64,000 nucleotides of DNA from a virus (IMGVR_UViG_3300049988_000124:64001-128000); one strand, 5' to 3'; shown: positions 1 through 9,086, counted from the first letter of the stretch. Numbers and translations: made by a program. Notes: generated from the letters alone by a model not told the origin.

Positions 1-1210
1 GAGTGGTGAGGTTACCATCTTCGGCGGTAAGGCAGCGAGTGCTCCTGTTATCGTTGAGGCGACCGCGCAGGAATATCGCTCAGCAGTTGCTGGCAAGGTG
101 GTCACGCCGGATAAGGTGTGGATTGCAAACCAGGTAGCCCCGATCACTGAGGCATCCCTTGTCACCGGTGTCAATTTCAACAACTTCATCAATGCCAGTG
201 TGACGCTGACAGGTAACCGCGTGATCGGTAACCCGGTCGGTGGCATGAAGCCTGGTCAGTCAGGTTGCATCACCTTCACCATGGGTGGTAGTGGTGGTTA
301 CACACTCACCTTCGGGGATCAGTGGTTCTCCTCAGGCAGTGTTGTTCCAATGCTTCCCGCCGCTGTTGGCGGTGTGCACCGGATGTACTACACGATCACT
401 GATACCAATTCGATCGACTTCTTCTTCGGCGTGAACATGGGTCGTACGTACGATCCTGACGTGCAGGCTTATTTCACCGCCATGACGAGCCAGCCCACAG
501 CTACCCGCAAGGCGTTGATCAACAACTTCATCTTGGGGTTGAAGACTGACGGTATCTGGACGCTTCTGGATAACCTGTGGCTCCTTGCCAGTCATGATGA
601 GCAATCATCACGGGTTAACCTGATTCGTCCCTCAAAGCTCCTGGTGAAGATTGGTACTCCCGTCTTCATCGCTGATCTTGGTTGGCAGCAGGATGCAACT
701 GGCGGTGCTACGGCCAACAACCAGCTTCAGAGCCCTGATGCTTACTTCGGTCCGAACCTGCGTCGCACAGCCCTCCACAGCCTGTCCTACGGTATCTGGC
801 AGAACACTGCCTTTACCGAGACGCAGAACGGCTACTTGTGCGGTGAGGCTAGCAATAGCTTCTACGATTACCTGCTCTGCAACAACACAGCCACGGTTGG
901 TCGCATTGCCTCTTCGTCAGCATCAATTAACTCTGGTCAGGTGAAGGGCTTTAAAGCCGTTACGCACGTGGTGGGTGATGCCAACATGTTCGTGACGCAG
1001 AATAACACGTCTGGCTCGGGTGCGTATAACAACACGAACAACAATTCGTCCTCAACGTTTGCTCTTCTGGGTGCAGGCGCATCGAGTGCTTACCCTGGTA
1101 CCAATAACCGTCAGGCCGCAGGCTTCACAGGCACGGGTCTCACGACCGCGCAGTTGACCAGTCTCTACAATCGTCTTAACACGTATCTCACAGCCATTGG
1201 TGCAAACTAA
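1..1210 (+). CDS. Tail fibre protein, C-terminal part (5' truncated by window)
   Basis: Frame is open from base 2 (SGEVTIFGGK...ATAQEYRSAVAGKVVTPDKVW). Fibre-type VTLTGNRVIGNP...GQSG...TLTFG module; C-terminal domain paralogous to 3376-4125. Confidence 0.75.
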   Translation, partial: SGEVTIFGGKAASAPVIVEATAQEYRSAVAGKVVTPDKVWIANQVAPITEASLVTGVNFNNFINASVTLTGNRVIGNPVGGMKPGQSGCITFTMGGSGGYTLTFGDQWFSSGSVVPMLPAAVGGVHRMYYTITDTNSIDFFFGVNMGRTYDPDVQAYFTAMTSQPTATRKALINNFILGLKTDGIWTLLDNLWLLASHDEQSSRVNLIRPSKLLVKIGTPVFIADLGWQQDATGGATANNQLQSPDAYFGPNLRRTALHSLSYGIWQNTAFTETQNGYLCGEASNSFYDYLLCNNTATVGRIASSSASINSGQVKGFKAVTHVVGDANMFVTQNNTSGSGAYNNTNNNSSSTFALLGAGASSAYPGTNNRQAAGFTGTGLTTAQLTSLYNRLNTYLTAIGAN

Positions 1211-1962
1211 TGTTTGCCGGGATGACGAGTGTCCTTGGAATTGCTAGTTCCAGGGTAGGGGGTGGGTTCAGTTCAGAGCCCATCACCGATTGGTTCACGA
1301 CGGATTCGAGGGGACAGACCCAGACGATCTTTATTCCGAAACGACCCGGTTTCACAATCGCCAGGATCACGTGCATTGGTCCCGGAGAGAAAGAATCATC
1401 CAGTGTCTTTTACCAAACAGAAGGCACCTACTACAGTGGTCGAGGTGGTACTGGTGGAAACTGTTCCACCTCGATTGTAGAGCTGGGTGTCAATGATAGT
1501 CTCTCTGCTTACTTTGATCCCAGCCACGCATTCTTTCGTAAAGATGCAGTTAACGTAGTTGGGGCAAGTTACGGTAGTGTCAGTATGCCGGACAATCTGG
1601 GAGACGTGATCTTCCGAGGTGGTCGTGGTAGTGGCTACAACGCTTACTATCCCAACGGTAGTTCTCAGTCAGGTGCTTTCTTGGCAACGGCTGGTGGCTC
1701 TCCTGCCGGTGTGTTCGGCGATGCCATCAACGGCACTAGCGGTTCAGGTACTGGTAGTGACCGTCTGGGAACAGCTGGTTCTCGTGGTCCAGGTTTCATC
1801 TGGACTGATGCCTCCACTGGTAAAACAGCAACCAATGGTACTGGTTTCAGTGGCGGCGTTACCGATGCTCAGCTTGACTTCGGCGGCGGTTCCGGTAGCG
1901 GTGGTAAAACCGGACGAGGACTCGTTGTCGTCGAATGGGGTACCAGAGATCTGTTTATCTAA
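1210..1962 (+). CDS. Glycine-rich tail-associated adhesin-like protein
   Basis: TAATG coupling to fibre gene; Gly-rich blocks; RITCIGPG and GRGLVVVEWG shared with 2705-3352. Confidence 0.6.
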   Translation: MFAGMTSVLGIASSRVGGGFSSEPITDWFTTDSRGQTQTIFIPKRPGFTIARITCIGPGEKESSSVFYQTEGTYYSGRGGTGGNCSTSIVELGVNDSLSAYFDPSHAFFRKDAVNVVGASYGSVSMPDNLGDVIFRGGRGSGYNAYYPNGSSQSGAFLATAGGSPAGVFGDAINGTSGSGTGSDRLGTAGSRGPGFIWTDASTGKTATNGTGFSGGVTDAQLDFGGGSGSGGKTGRGLVVVEWGTRDLFI

Positions 1963-1966
1963 AGAG

Positions 1967-1996
1967 CATAGGGGAGGGGGAGACCCTTCCCCTATG
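1967..1996. terminator. Intergenic GC-rich hairpin
   Basis: cataggggaggg / cccttcccctatg inverted repeat after stop. Confidence 0.65.
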
Positions 1997-2005
1997 GCTT
2001 CATTT

Positions 2006-2014
2006 TATGACCCC
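2006..2014 (+). promoter_or_regulatory. Putative late promoter (TATGACCCC)
   Basis: TATG core as in phiKZ late promoters; recurs before structural genes. Confidence 0.45.
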
Positions 2015-2051
2015 ATTCTAGCACGATCGTGCTTTGTTTTAATGAAGGATA

Positions 2052-2699
2052 ATGATCATGAGCTATGCGTACAAGCATGACGGTGAGTGGATTCCGATCA
2101 CCGGTGAGTTCACGATTGGTAACCAAGCCTATATCGGCGACTGGTTGCACAATGAGACGCCAGAGTCTCTGGCTGAGGACGGTATCTATTTCATCGGTGA
2201 AGAGGACAATCCCAAGCCCGGTATTCGCGGTGCTCGCCATATTGAAGAGCGTGACGGTAAGCCTGTTTGGGTATACAAGATCCTGCCCGTCTTCAACGAC
2301 GCTGAGCGGGCTGCCAGGAAAGCAGAGATCAACGGTCACATTGCGGCCGCTTTCTTTCGTGGTTTTGTTCCCGATCATCCTGCGTTCATCGGCGAGCGTC
2401 TCCAGGTTCGCGACAACGATGACAAGACCAATTGGATGGAGGCCCTGCGCCGTTACTCCAAGAAGGTAGAGGCAGGAGACGGTGACCTCGTTGAGGCTAA
2501 GTTCCGTACTGAGGGTAACAAGACCATCTACGTGTCGTATAATGACGCAGTAGTTATCCTTGAGGCACTCTCTGATTGGGCGTTTGTCATTACCGAGCGT
2601 GGTTGGGCGTTGAAGGATGCAGAAGCTGAGGGTGAGGAATACGACGTCACCACAGGCTGGCCCACTGAGACGGTTGTTGTTTCATCAGATCCGGAGTGA
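2052..2699 (+). CDS. Tail fibre assembly-type protein (DUF4376-like C-terminus)
   Basis: GERLQVRDNDDKTNW...WALKDA...YDVTTGWP; paralog of 4753-5394; tail locus. Confidence 0.55.
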   Translation: MIMSYAYKHDGEWIPITGEFTIGNQAYIGDWLHNETPESLAEDGIYFIGEEDNPKPGIRGARHIEERDGKPVWVYKILPVFNDAERAARKAEINGHIAAAFFRGFVPDHPAFIGERLQVRDNDDKTNWMEALRRYSKKVEAGDGDLVEAKFRTEGNKTIYVSYNDAVVILEALSDWAFVITERGWALKDAEAEGEEYDVTTGWPTETVVVSSDPE

Positions 2700-2704
2700 C
2701 ATCA

Positions 2705-3352
2705 ATGCTTCCAGGTATGACATGTTTGTCCGGAATAGTGACTCCCGGACTTATTCTTCCCGTTGACTGGTACACCAGTGTTGGTACTGGTGGTTCATCT
2801 GAGACCATCCAGATTGTCAATCGACCAGGTTTCAGTAAGGTTCGTATTACATGTATCGGCCCAGGTGGTGCTGGTCAAGCTTATTACTACTACGAGCAAA
2901 GTAACGACACGGAGTATTACGATGTTTACGGAGGCGCCGGTGGTAACATCGCCACTAGTCTTCTAACTATCGGATCAAGTGCCAGCCTGAGCGTTTTGTT
3001 CAACAATGCCAACACTTACTTTCAGGTAGATTCCTCTCAACCTGTTTCTGCCGCAACATCTGGTCAAGGTGGTAACAGCGGTACCGTAATCTATAATGGT
3101 GGCGGCGGTGGATATGTGAGTGATGGTGGGTCAGTTGCGAACGGTGGTGGCGCTGCTGGTGTTTATGGTGCTACTAGTGGTCCTACTCGTGGTAGTGGTG
3201 TCACTTGGACAGACACCGTTAAGAAACTGACAGCTACCAATGGCAATGCTAATCAAGACTTCGGTGGCGGAGAAAGCAGAAGCTACAGTAATACTGGTAC
3301 CAGAGGTCGTGGTCTTGTTGTGCTTGAATGGGGCATTGAGAAGCTTTACTGA
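2705..3352 (+). CDS. Glycine-rich tail-associated adhesin-like protein (second copy)
   Basis: ATG at 2705 after GGAG; MLPGMTCLSG leader; RITCIGPGG, GRGLVVLEWG. Confidence 0.6.
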   Translation: MLPGMTCLSGIVTPGLILPVDWYTSVGTGGSSETIQIVNRPGFSKVRITCIGPGGAGQAYYYYEQSNDTEYYDVYGGAGGNIATSLLTIGSSASLSVLFNNANTYFQVDSSQPVSAATSGQGGNSGTVIYNGGGGGYVSDGGSVANGGGAAGVYGATSGPTRGSGVTWTDTVKKLTATNGNANQDFGGGESRSYSNTGTRGRGLVVLEWGIEKLY

Positions 3353-3375
3353 TTTAACATATTAGGAGAACAATC

Positions 3376-4125
3376 ATGCTTCCGGGTATGACATGTTTAT
3401 CGGGGTTAGCTGGCGGGATTCTATTAGATCCAAGCGCACTAGCCTACATCAATGCGATGTCGGTAAAACCCGACGACAACAGAGCAGTGGTGATCAACAA
3501 TCTCGTTGTTGGTCTAAAGAAAGCTGGTTTCTGGAATCCACTCAATCAGCTCTATCTTCTTGCAGCACATTCCATTGATGCAGCACAGTTGAATCTGTTC
3601 AATCCAGCCTCTGCTGGTACGTTTCACCCTAGTAACTTCACCAAGAACAGAGGCTTGGCTTACGCTGGTGTTGCTTACAACACCGTTCCAAAAGTCAACT
3701 ACACCGCGAATCAATCGACGCTGGGTCTTTACCTGAACAATGGCTACACTTCTGGATACAGTTTGGTTGCTCCATCAAGTGCTGATGGAAATAATCCTAA
3801 CGCTTATTCAGGTGACGATTATCTGTATATCTACGTCTCGAGGGCCGGGGGCGGGGGTACGGGTACGAGTGGTTTCAAAGCCCACTATGCTCTGTCTGCC
3901 CTAAGCGCCACGACGTGGAAGTTCTACAAAAGTGGAATCTCACTTGGAGGAACAACGAATGCTGACGGCGATGCTAGCATCTCTACTAGTCCGCTGTACA
4001 TCGCTAGTGACAATCAACAAGGTATGTCCTTCTTTTACACACTGGTGACTAGTACTTCAGACGCAGACATGGTTATCCTTGACAAACTTCTCAATGACTA
4101 TCTAGCTGCTGTGGGTGGTCTGTAG
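3376..4125 (+). CDS. Stand-alone paralog of the tail fibre C-terminal domain
   Basis: AGGAG RBS; DPSALAYINAM...INNLVVGLKKAGFWNPLNQLYLLAAH aligns with fibre DPDVQAYFTAM...INNFILGLKTDGIWTLLDNLWLLASH. Confidence 0.65.
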   Translation: MLPGMTCLSGLAGGILLDPSALAYINAMSVKPDDNRAVVINNLVVGLKKAGFWNPLNQLYLLAAHSIDAAQLNLFNPASAGTFHPSNFTKNRGLAYAGVAYNTVPKVNYTANQSTLGLYLNNGYTSGYSLVAPSSADGNNPNAYSGDDYLYIYVSRAGGGGTGTSGFKAHYALSALSATTWKFYKSGISLGGTTNADGDASISTSPLYIASDNQQGMSFFYTLVTSTSDADMVILDKLLNDYLAAVGGL

Positions 4126-4136
4126 AACTTCTGGTT

Positions 4137-4166
4137 AGTAAGGGAGTCCTTCGGGGCTTCCTTACT
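4137..4166 (+). terminator. Terminator hairpin with UUCG tetraloop
   Basis: agtaagggagtcc-TTCG-gggcttccttact. Confidence 0.8.
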
Positions 4167-4188
4167 GATCTTTATAAAATGCCAATCT

Positions 4189-4198
4189 TATGACACCC
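4189..4198 (+). promoter_or_regulatory. Putative late promoter (TATGACACCC)
   Basis: Same extended TATG motif, after terminator, 48 nt before ATG. Confidence 0.45.
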
Positions 4199-4245
4199 TT
4201 AGCGATGGTGATAAGTCGCTAGCTGGATAAGGATTATTGTTAGTG

Positions 4246-4725
4246 ATGGCAATTGTTCAACCTCCCCCTACCGAACCTGTTAGCCTTTTTACCACCGCTC
4301 GGTTCGTCGACACTGAAGAGTTCCGATACGGAAGGCGTCTGCGCGCCGTCTATGACTTACATTACGAGCTTTTCTACAAAGGATCTAGGCTCGCCATCCG
4401 TGTTCCAGATGGCTTCAAGACCGATGGACCATCATGGCCTATCTGGGTAGATCATCTCTTGGCGATCATCAAATCGATCATGCGATTGATTGGCTTAGAA
4501 GCGTACATCCCTTCGCTACCTGATCTCCACATGGTGCGTTCTAGTGCCTTGCACGACTTCTTGCGTGAGCGTCTTCTTGTTCCCAAGATCGTGGGAGATT
4601 ACATCTTCTTGTCGGCGCTAAAGGCTGAAGGATGTTCGCTCGTCTTTCGCTGGCTCGCATTTCTTGCAGTCCTGTGTAATGTTAGTCGCAAGCGTGGGAC
4701 GACCCTACCCATTCCATTAAATTGA
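4246..4725 (+). CDS. DUF1353-family phage protein
   Basis: IRVPDGFKTDGPSWP...SALHDFL motif. Confidence 0.7.
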   Translation: MAIVQPPPTEPVSLFTTARFVDTEEFRYGRRLRAVYDLHYELFYKGSRLAIRVPDGFKTDGPSWPIWVDHLLAIIKSIMRLIGLEAYIPSLPDLHMVRSSALHDFLRERLLVPKIVGDYIFLSALKAEGCSLVFRWLAFLAVLCNVSRKRGTTLPIPLN

Positions 4726-4752
4726 ATAGTTTTTGAACACGAGGAATAACCC

Positions 4753-5394
4753 ATGGCATTTGCCTATTTTGACAATGACAAGTGGAACGAGATCACCGGT
4801 GACTTTACACTAGGTGAGGATTCCTACACTCTGGAAGACGTTATCTCTTCCTCAGAAGAGGCTCTTGATGATCTCGGTATCAAGGTTATCCAAGAGCCAA
4901 CTGAATCGTTCAAGGGTGCACGCGGTGAGCGTCACATCGAAGATCAGGAAGGTGTTCCTTTCTGGAAGTACGAGATCCTTCCTGAAATTGATCCCCTGGA
5001 AGATGCTCGTAAAGCAGCTGAATTAGCTGCCGCTAAACAAGCCATTGAGAATCGTATTCAGCAGGCTTTCAATCGAGGTTATCTCGTTGATCCGGTTAAG
5101 TATCCGGACTTCATTGGTGAGCGCCTTCAGTGCCGTGATGATTCCGATCGCACCAACTGGTTGGTGGCTGAGAAAGAATATGTCAAGGCTGTAGATGCCG
5201 GGGCAGGTGCAATAAAGTCGGCTGAGTTCCGGGTCATGTCAAACAAGACCATCAAAGCTACCTTCGACGATGCTGTCTCCATTCTCAGTGATCTGACCGC
5301 CTGGGGTTTCATCATCATGAAGCGTGGTTGGGCCTTGAAGGATGCACTGGCTGCTGGTGACGAATATGATCTCGAGGCTGGTTGGCCCGCGTAA
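4753..5394 (+). CDS. Tail fibre assembly-type protein (DUF4376-like), paralog
   Basis: GERLQCRDDSDRTNW...WALKDA...YDLEAGWP; GAGG RBS. Confidence 0.55.
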   Translation: MAFAYFDNDKWNEITGDFTLGEDSYTLEDVISSSEEALDDLGIKVIQEPTESFKGARGERHIEDQEGVPFWKYEILPEIDPLEDARKAAELAAAKQAIENRIQQAFNRGYLVDPVKYPDFIGERLQCRDDSDRTNWLVAEKEYVKAVDAGAGAIKSAEFRVMSNKTIKATFDDAVSILSDLTAWGFIIMKRGWALKDALAAGDEYDLEAGWPA

Positions 5395-5419
5395 CTTTTA
5401 GACAAAAAAGAAATAGGAG

Positions 5420-5451
5420 AAGAGTGAGGGGGCATCTGCCCCCTCACTCTT
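5420..5451. terminator. Bidirectional hairpin between convergent genes
   Basis: aagagtgagggggca-tc-tgccccctcactctt. Confidence 0.75.
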
Positions 5452-5725
5452 TCTTTGTAGATTTCCACCCGGGATCATTCACCGCTCTCCACGTGGGTTT
5501 TGGAACCGAGTGTACCGGTGTACTCCCTTCCCCTCTCATGACCTTGGTGAGATTACTGACAAGGGCTTCAGCTCCTTCAGCGCTAATGACTAGTCTTGTT
5601 TTTAATCCGTCCTTGTTCACGAATTGAAGACCGTAACTACCGTCACTAAGTGCCACAGTAGTAACAGTTGATCCTTCGATTGGTTCGCTATGAACTTCTC
5701 TCAGCCCTACGATCCGATCACCCAT
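5444..5725 (-). CDS. Hypothetical protein
   Basis: ORF; likely start MGDRIVG coupled to upstream stop. Confidence 0.5.
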   Translation of the reverse strand: MGDRIVGLREVHSEPIEGSTVTTVALSDGSYGLQFVNKDGLKTRLVISAEGAEALVSNLTKVMRGEGSTPVHSVPKPTWRAVNDPGWKSTKKE

Positions 5726-6071
5726 TTTTGTGCTCAACCCGGTCAATGGAGATACTGCTCGGCCTGATGGTGTAGTGAAGAACATCAACGTGTGCAGTAC
5801 CTTCCTTCATGGTAGGGACGACCTGGCGATAATCCTCTTCGAAGACCTGATTAGTAACGACGATCTCGCGATCATCCTCGTACTTGATGATCCAATCACC
5901 ATCCGCGATTGGCGAGGTGAGCGTGCCGGATCGAAGATAATGGGTGATGCCCGTTGGCGTTGACATATTGGTACTGAGAGGGTGAACGCTGGGATGGGTA
6001 TCACCAAGGTGCCACTGGGTGGCAGTGGCGAGATGTCGCTTACTAACGTAGCGAGTAGGAAAGAGTTCCAT
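5718..6071 (-). CDS. Hypothetical phage protein
   Basis: GDWIIK...FEEDY motif common in small phage proteins. Confidence 0.55.
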   Translation of the reverse strand: MELFPTRYVSKRHLATATQWHLGDTHPSVHPLSTNMSTPTGITHYLRSGTLTSPIADGDWIIKYEDDREIVVTNQVFEEDYRQVVPTMKEGTAHVDVLHYTIRPSSISIDRVEHKNG

Positions 6072-6517
6072 TAAACTTTCTCCGGATCAAAGTTAAGAAA
6101 GAGTAGGTTAGCCTCGAAGTCAGCCCTGGTCTCATGCGCTAGGTGAACAACGTCGTCTGACAAATGAGCAGTAGGCCCAAGCTTACTGTACCCGCCGTAG
6201 CGGTGACGAAGGGTACCAGGTAAAACTTCTGAGGGAACCATGTTGCCGAAGTAATCATCCAGACACTGTGTCGGATTAGTCACCCGGTCAACGTGAGTGA
6301 ACAAGCAGATCCAACTAGGACCCTTTGCTCCTGCGGGAAAGACCGATCGGTTGTTACTGTGTCGAAGAGCATCCAAGGTCATCGAGCACAATGCAAATTG
6401 TCGGTACATCCTCAGAACAACGGGACAATGGTTAAGGATAGCTTCTAGAATGTTGGGCGCGTCTCCACGCCCAACCGATAGCGGCTTGATAACGACCAAG
6501 CCAAACGGCACGCTCAC
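6071..6517 (-). CDS. Hypothetical protein
   Basis: Coupled ORF in operon. Confidence 0.55.
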   Translation of the reverse strand: MSVPFGLVVIKPLSVGRGDAPNILEAILNHCPVVLRMYRQFALCSMTLDALRHSNNRSVFPAGAKGPSWICLFTHVDRVTNPTQCLDDYFGNMVPSEVLPGTLRHRYGGYSKLGPTAHLSDDVVHLAHETRADFEANLLFLNFDPEKV

Positions 6518-7218
6518 GGTGTTGGTAGTTGAGAGGTGATGGGAACATCCTCCTCCCGCTCCTCGTTGAGCTCGATGTCACCAGTAATTCCAGGCTCCTT
6601 CATGCGCACCGGATTGTCCATGGCAAACTTCTCGAACTCGTCGATCCGGTCCTGTACCGCTTTCTTGTGGTGATCGTCGTGGATGAGGTAGAGGTAATCC
6701 TTCAAGACTGCCAGGCTATGGAAGTCTCGTGCCCGAAGGATAAAGGTCGGCTCATCCTTGGGGATGGGCTCGCCGGAGATCCGGTTAACGAACTGACCGT
6801 TCTCGAACTTGTACTTGCGGTCCTGACCACCTGGATCAGTTGAGTGTGATTCCTCTTTGATTTCCTTCAAGGCGTTCTGAAGAATCTCCCACGGATTACC
6901 ACAATCGTAGATGATGTGCGGCTCATCAAAACCATCATTACCCGTCGACACACTGGGCGTACATTTCAGCGCACTCTCGATGGCATCACTGAGAATCTTC
7001 ATACCCTTGGTTGTGTAGATGGGGTACAGTTGCGTCATGGAACCGGTGAACCATTCCACCAACGAGTCGAAAGTCTCAAATGTTTCATCGAACGCTTTGA
7101 TCTCGTGGCTGTAATAGCCGCTCCCGTTATCGTCGTCGGTCTGGGTCTTCAGTTTCTCTAACGCTCCGCGCCAAGCGTCACGGTGCGTCTTTACATTCAG
7201 CAGTCTATCCATGATCAT
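6514..7218 (-). CDS. Hypothetical protein
   Basis: 234 aa ORF; IPKDEPTFILRARD motif seen in phage proteins. Confidence 0.6.
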   Translation of the reverse strand: MIMDRLLNVKTHRDAWRGALEKLKTQTDDDNGSGYYSHEIKAFDETFETFDSLVEWFTGSMTQLYPIYTTKGMKILSDAIESALKCTPSVSTGNDGFDEPHIIYDCGNPWEILQNALKEIKEESHSTDPGGQDRKYKFENGQFVNRISGEPIPKDEPTFILRARDFHSLAVLKDYLYLIHDDHHKKAVQDRIDEFEKFAMDNPVRMKEPGITGDIELNEEREEDVPITSQLPTP

Positions 7219-7231
7219 CGTTTCTTCTCCT

Positions 7232-8200
7232 TTAGTAGGGCATGTCTTCTTCGATCATGAGATCCTCGGTCTCAATGTCGGTTCCAGGATCACCGAAGAT
7301 TGCTACCCGCCTGGTGCGCATACCAATCTTTTCCTGACTAGCCAACCACACTTGCATGGCGGACAGTCGGTTGTTGTTGTGACCCTTGGGTTTGATCAAG
7401 ATAACGTCGTCGGCCATCTCGCACATCAAGTTACCCTGATGTAGATTAGCACCAATCCCGTTCTTGGCCTTGTTGGGTTTAACAACGAGGCAAGGCTTTC
7501 CTGTCTTGCGGTGAACGTAGGTGGCATCCTGATCCTTTAGAAAGTCAGTACCACCGATATACGCATCGACCCCTGGGTACCCACCAGAGATAATGCCGTC
7601 ATAGTCACTGAGTGACAAGCCCATCTTGACTTCGAGGGACTTCTCAATAGCCCAGTCAATCGCCTCCTGCTCTTTTTCCGTGAGACCATAATCGAGGGGA
7701 CCTGCGATCATGAGGTACTTGGAGCGAATGTCTGTCTTGTCCGGTGACATGGACAGGAAGATCGTGGCATCGAGATCACCTAGGAACTCGATCATCATCG
7801 GGTAAACCGTGTCGTAGGTCTGCTTCCCCAGACCACAACCGAGCATCGGCATACCAACGGCGGCGTAGCGATATTGATCTTGCAAGAGAACTTCACGCAA
7901 AGCAATAAGCCCGCGCTTGATATCTGCTTCCTCCGACTTGTTGACGTAGTGATCCTTGGTGGGAAAGTTAATAATCCCCCACGGCTGATCAGTGTCGGTG
8001 ATGATCTGAACCGTGCCGATGCGCAGTTCCTTACTGCGACACGCTGCCCGGTACACTTCGATGTGGTTGGGAGCCTTGTCCCTGAAGACGGCGGCGAGGC
8101 CTGCACCCGATACACCCCTGAGGTTAACCGGGTTGACCATGAAGTCCATGACTGATTCGAACTCGAACATGTCGTGAGTCACGCGGTGAATAAGCGGCAT
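7232..8200 (-). CDS. DarG/TARG1-type macrodomain fused to SLOG/YspA-like domain
   Basis: VNPVNLRGVSGAGLAAVF, IINFPTK, LGCGLG; C-terminal IISGGYPGVD. Confidence 0.8.
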   Translation of the reverse strand: MPLIHRVTHDMFEFESVMDFMVNPVNLRGVSGAGLAAVFRDKAPNHIEVYRAACRSKELRIGTVQIITDTDQPWGIINFPTKDHYVNKSEEADIKRGLIALREVLLQDQYRYAAVGMPMLGCGLGKQTYDTVYPMMIEFLGDLDATIFLSMSPDKTDIRSKYLMIAGPLDYGLTEKEQEAIDWAIEKSLEVKMGLSLSDYDGIISGGYPGVDAYIGGTDFLKDQDATYVHRKTGKPCLVVKPNKAKNGIGANLHQGNLMCEMADDVILIKPKGHNNNRLSAMQVWLASQEKIGMRTRRVAIFGDPGTDIETEDLMIEEDMPY

Positions 8201-8217
8201 AACACCTCCTAATTAGG

Positions 8218-8574
8218 TTACCCGAAGATGTCGGAAAACCCCGATTCATGAGTCGCGATGTGAATGATGGCATCCACTGGATCAGTCTCGCAACGAGAGA
8301 TCTCGTAATTACGAACACTAACGCCGCGCCGCTGATATTGAAACAAGACGTAATTAACAGCATCGTCAGAACGCTCACTGACTACCCGGTGAGTTTTAAC
8401 GTGACCTGGTTCGTACTGAGCATCGGTAATCGACTTTTTCTCTTCTTCCGATTTGTCTAGAAACATCCTTGACTGGAAAATATCTTCACGCTGATGACGC
8501 AGTCGCTCGAACGTGACATCGATGGTGTGAATAAACAAACGCTGTTTTGCCATGGTAGATACTCCATCACTCAT
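8218..8574 (-). CDS. Hypothetical protein
   Basis: 118 aa ORF in operon. Confidence 0.5.
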   Translation of the reverse strand: MSDGVSTMAKQRLFIHTIDVTFERLRHQREDIFQSRMFLDKSEEEKKSITDAQYEPGHVKTHRVVSERSDDAVNYVLFQYQRRGVSVRNYEISRCETDPVDAIIHIATHESGFSDIFG

Positions 8575-8603
8575 ACCGAGTGTGCTAAAGGGTATTAATG
8601 ATA

Positions 8604-8633
8604 ATCAGAGGAAGGGTCGCCCCCTCCTCTGAT
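8604..8633. terminator. Intergenic hairpin
   Basis: atcagaggaaggg / cccctcctctgat, one mismatch. Confidence 0.55.
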
Positions 8634-8666
8634 ACCAGTAACAACCACTTATGTGTGAAAAGATAC

Positions 8667-9086
8667 TTACGCAGCTTGATCGAGTTCACGGGGATCATTA
8701 CCCCAGGCCTGGATGATGTCGATACTGGCCGCATCCAAGTAGTAACCTCGACCCCAAGATGTCAGCACTTCAAGACCGTAGTTCTTCATCTTCTTGCGAA
8801 GCTTGCAAACAAAGACGTCGACGATCTTTGGTTCCGGCTGATCTATCTGATCGTAGTAGAGGGCGTAGAAGAGACGCTCTCTAGTAACGACTCCGCCTTT
8901 GGCTACGTAAAGTGCGGCAACGATGCGAGCCTCTTGCGTAGTAAGCCCAATCTCAATAGGTGGTTCCCACTCAGGAGGACGAAGAGTAAGGCGAAGCTGA
9001 GTGATCTCTTCTTCTTTCTCACTGAGAAGAGCTTTCAGTTGTCTGATCTCCTCTCTCAGGAGAACAGGATCATCGACTTTAAGCAT
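8667..9086 (-). CDS. CtrA-like OmpR/PhoB winged-helix protein lacking receiver domain
   Basis: EPKIVDVFVCKLRKK...SWGRGYYL versus CtrA ELKIIDVFICKLRKK...VWGRGYVL; N-terminal coiled-coil-like heptads; start coupled to upstream stop. Confidence 0.8.
   Translation of the reverse strand: MLKVDDPVLLREEIRQLKALLSEKEEEITQLRLTLRPPEWEPPIEIGLTTQEARIVAALYVAKGGVVTRERLFYALYYDQIDQPEPKIVDVFVCKLRKKMKNYGLEVLTSWGRGYYLDAASIDIIQAWGNDPRELDQAA

Noticed and set aside
1-5394. Diversity-generating retroelement or invertible tail switch
   Set aside because: No reverse transcriptase, adenine-specific TR/VR pair, recombinase or inverted crossover sites in the window
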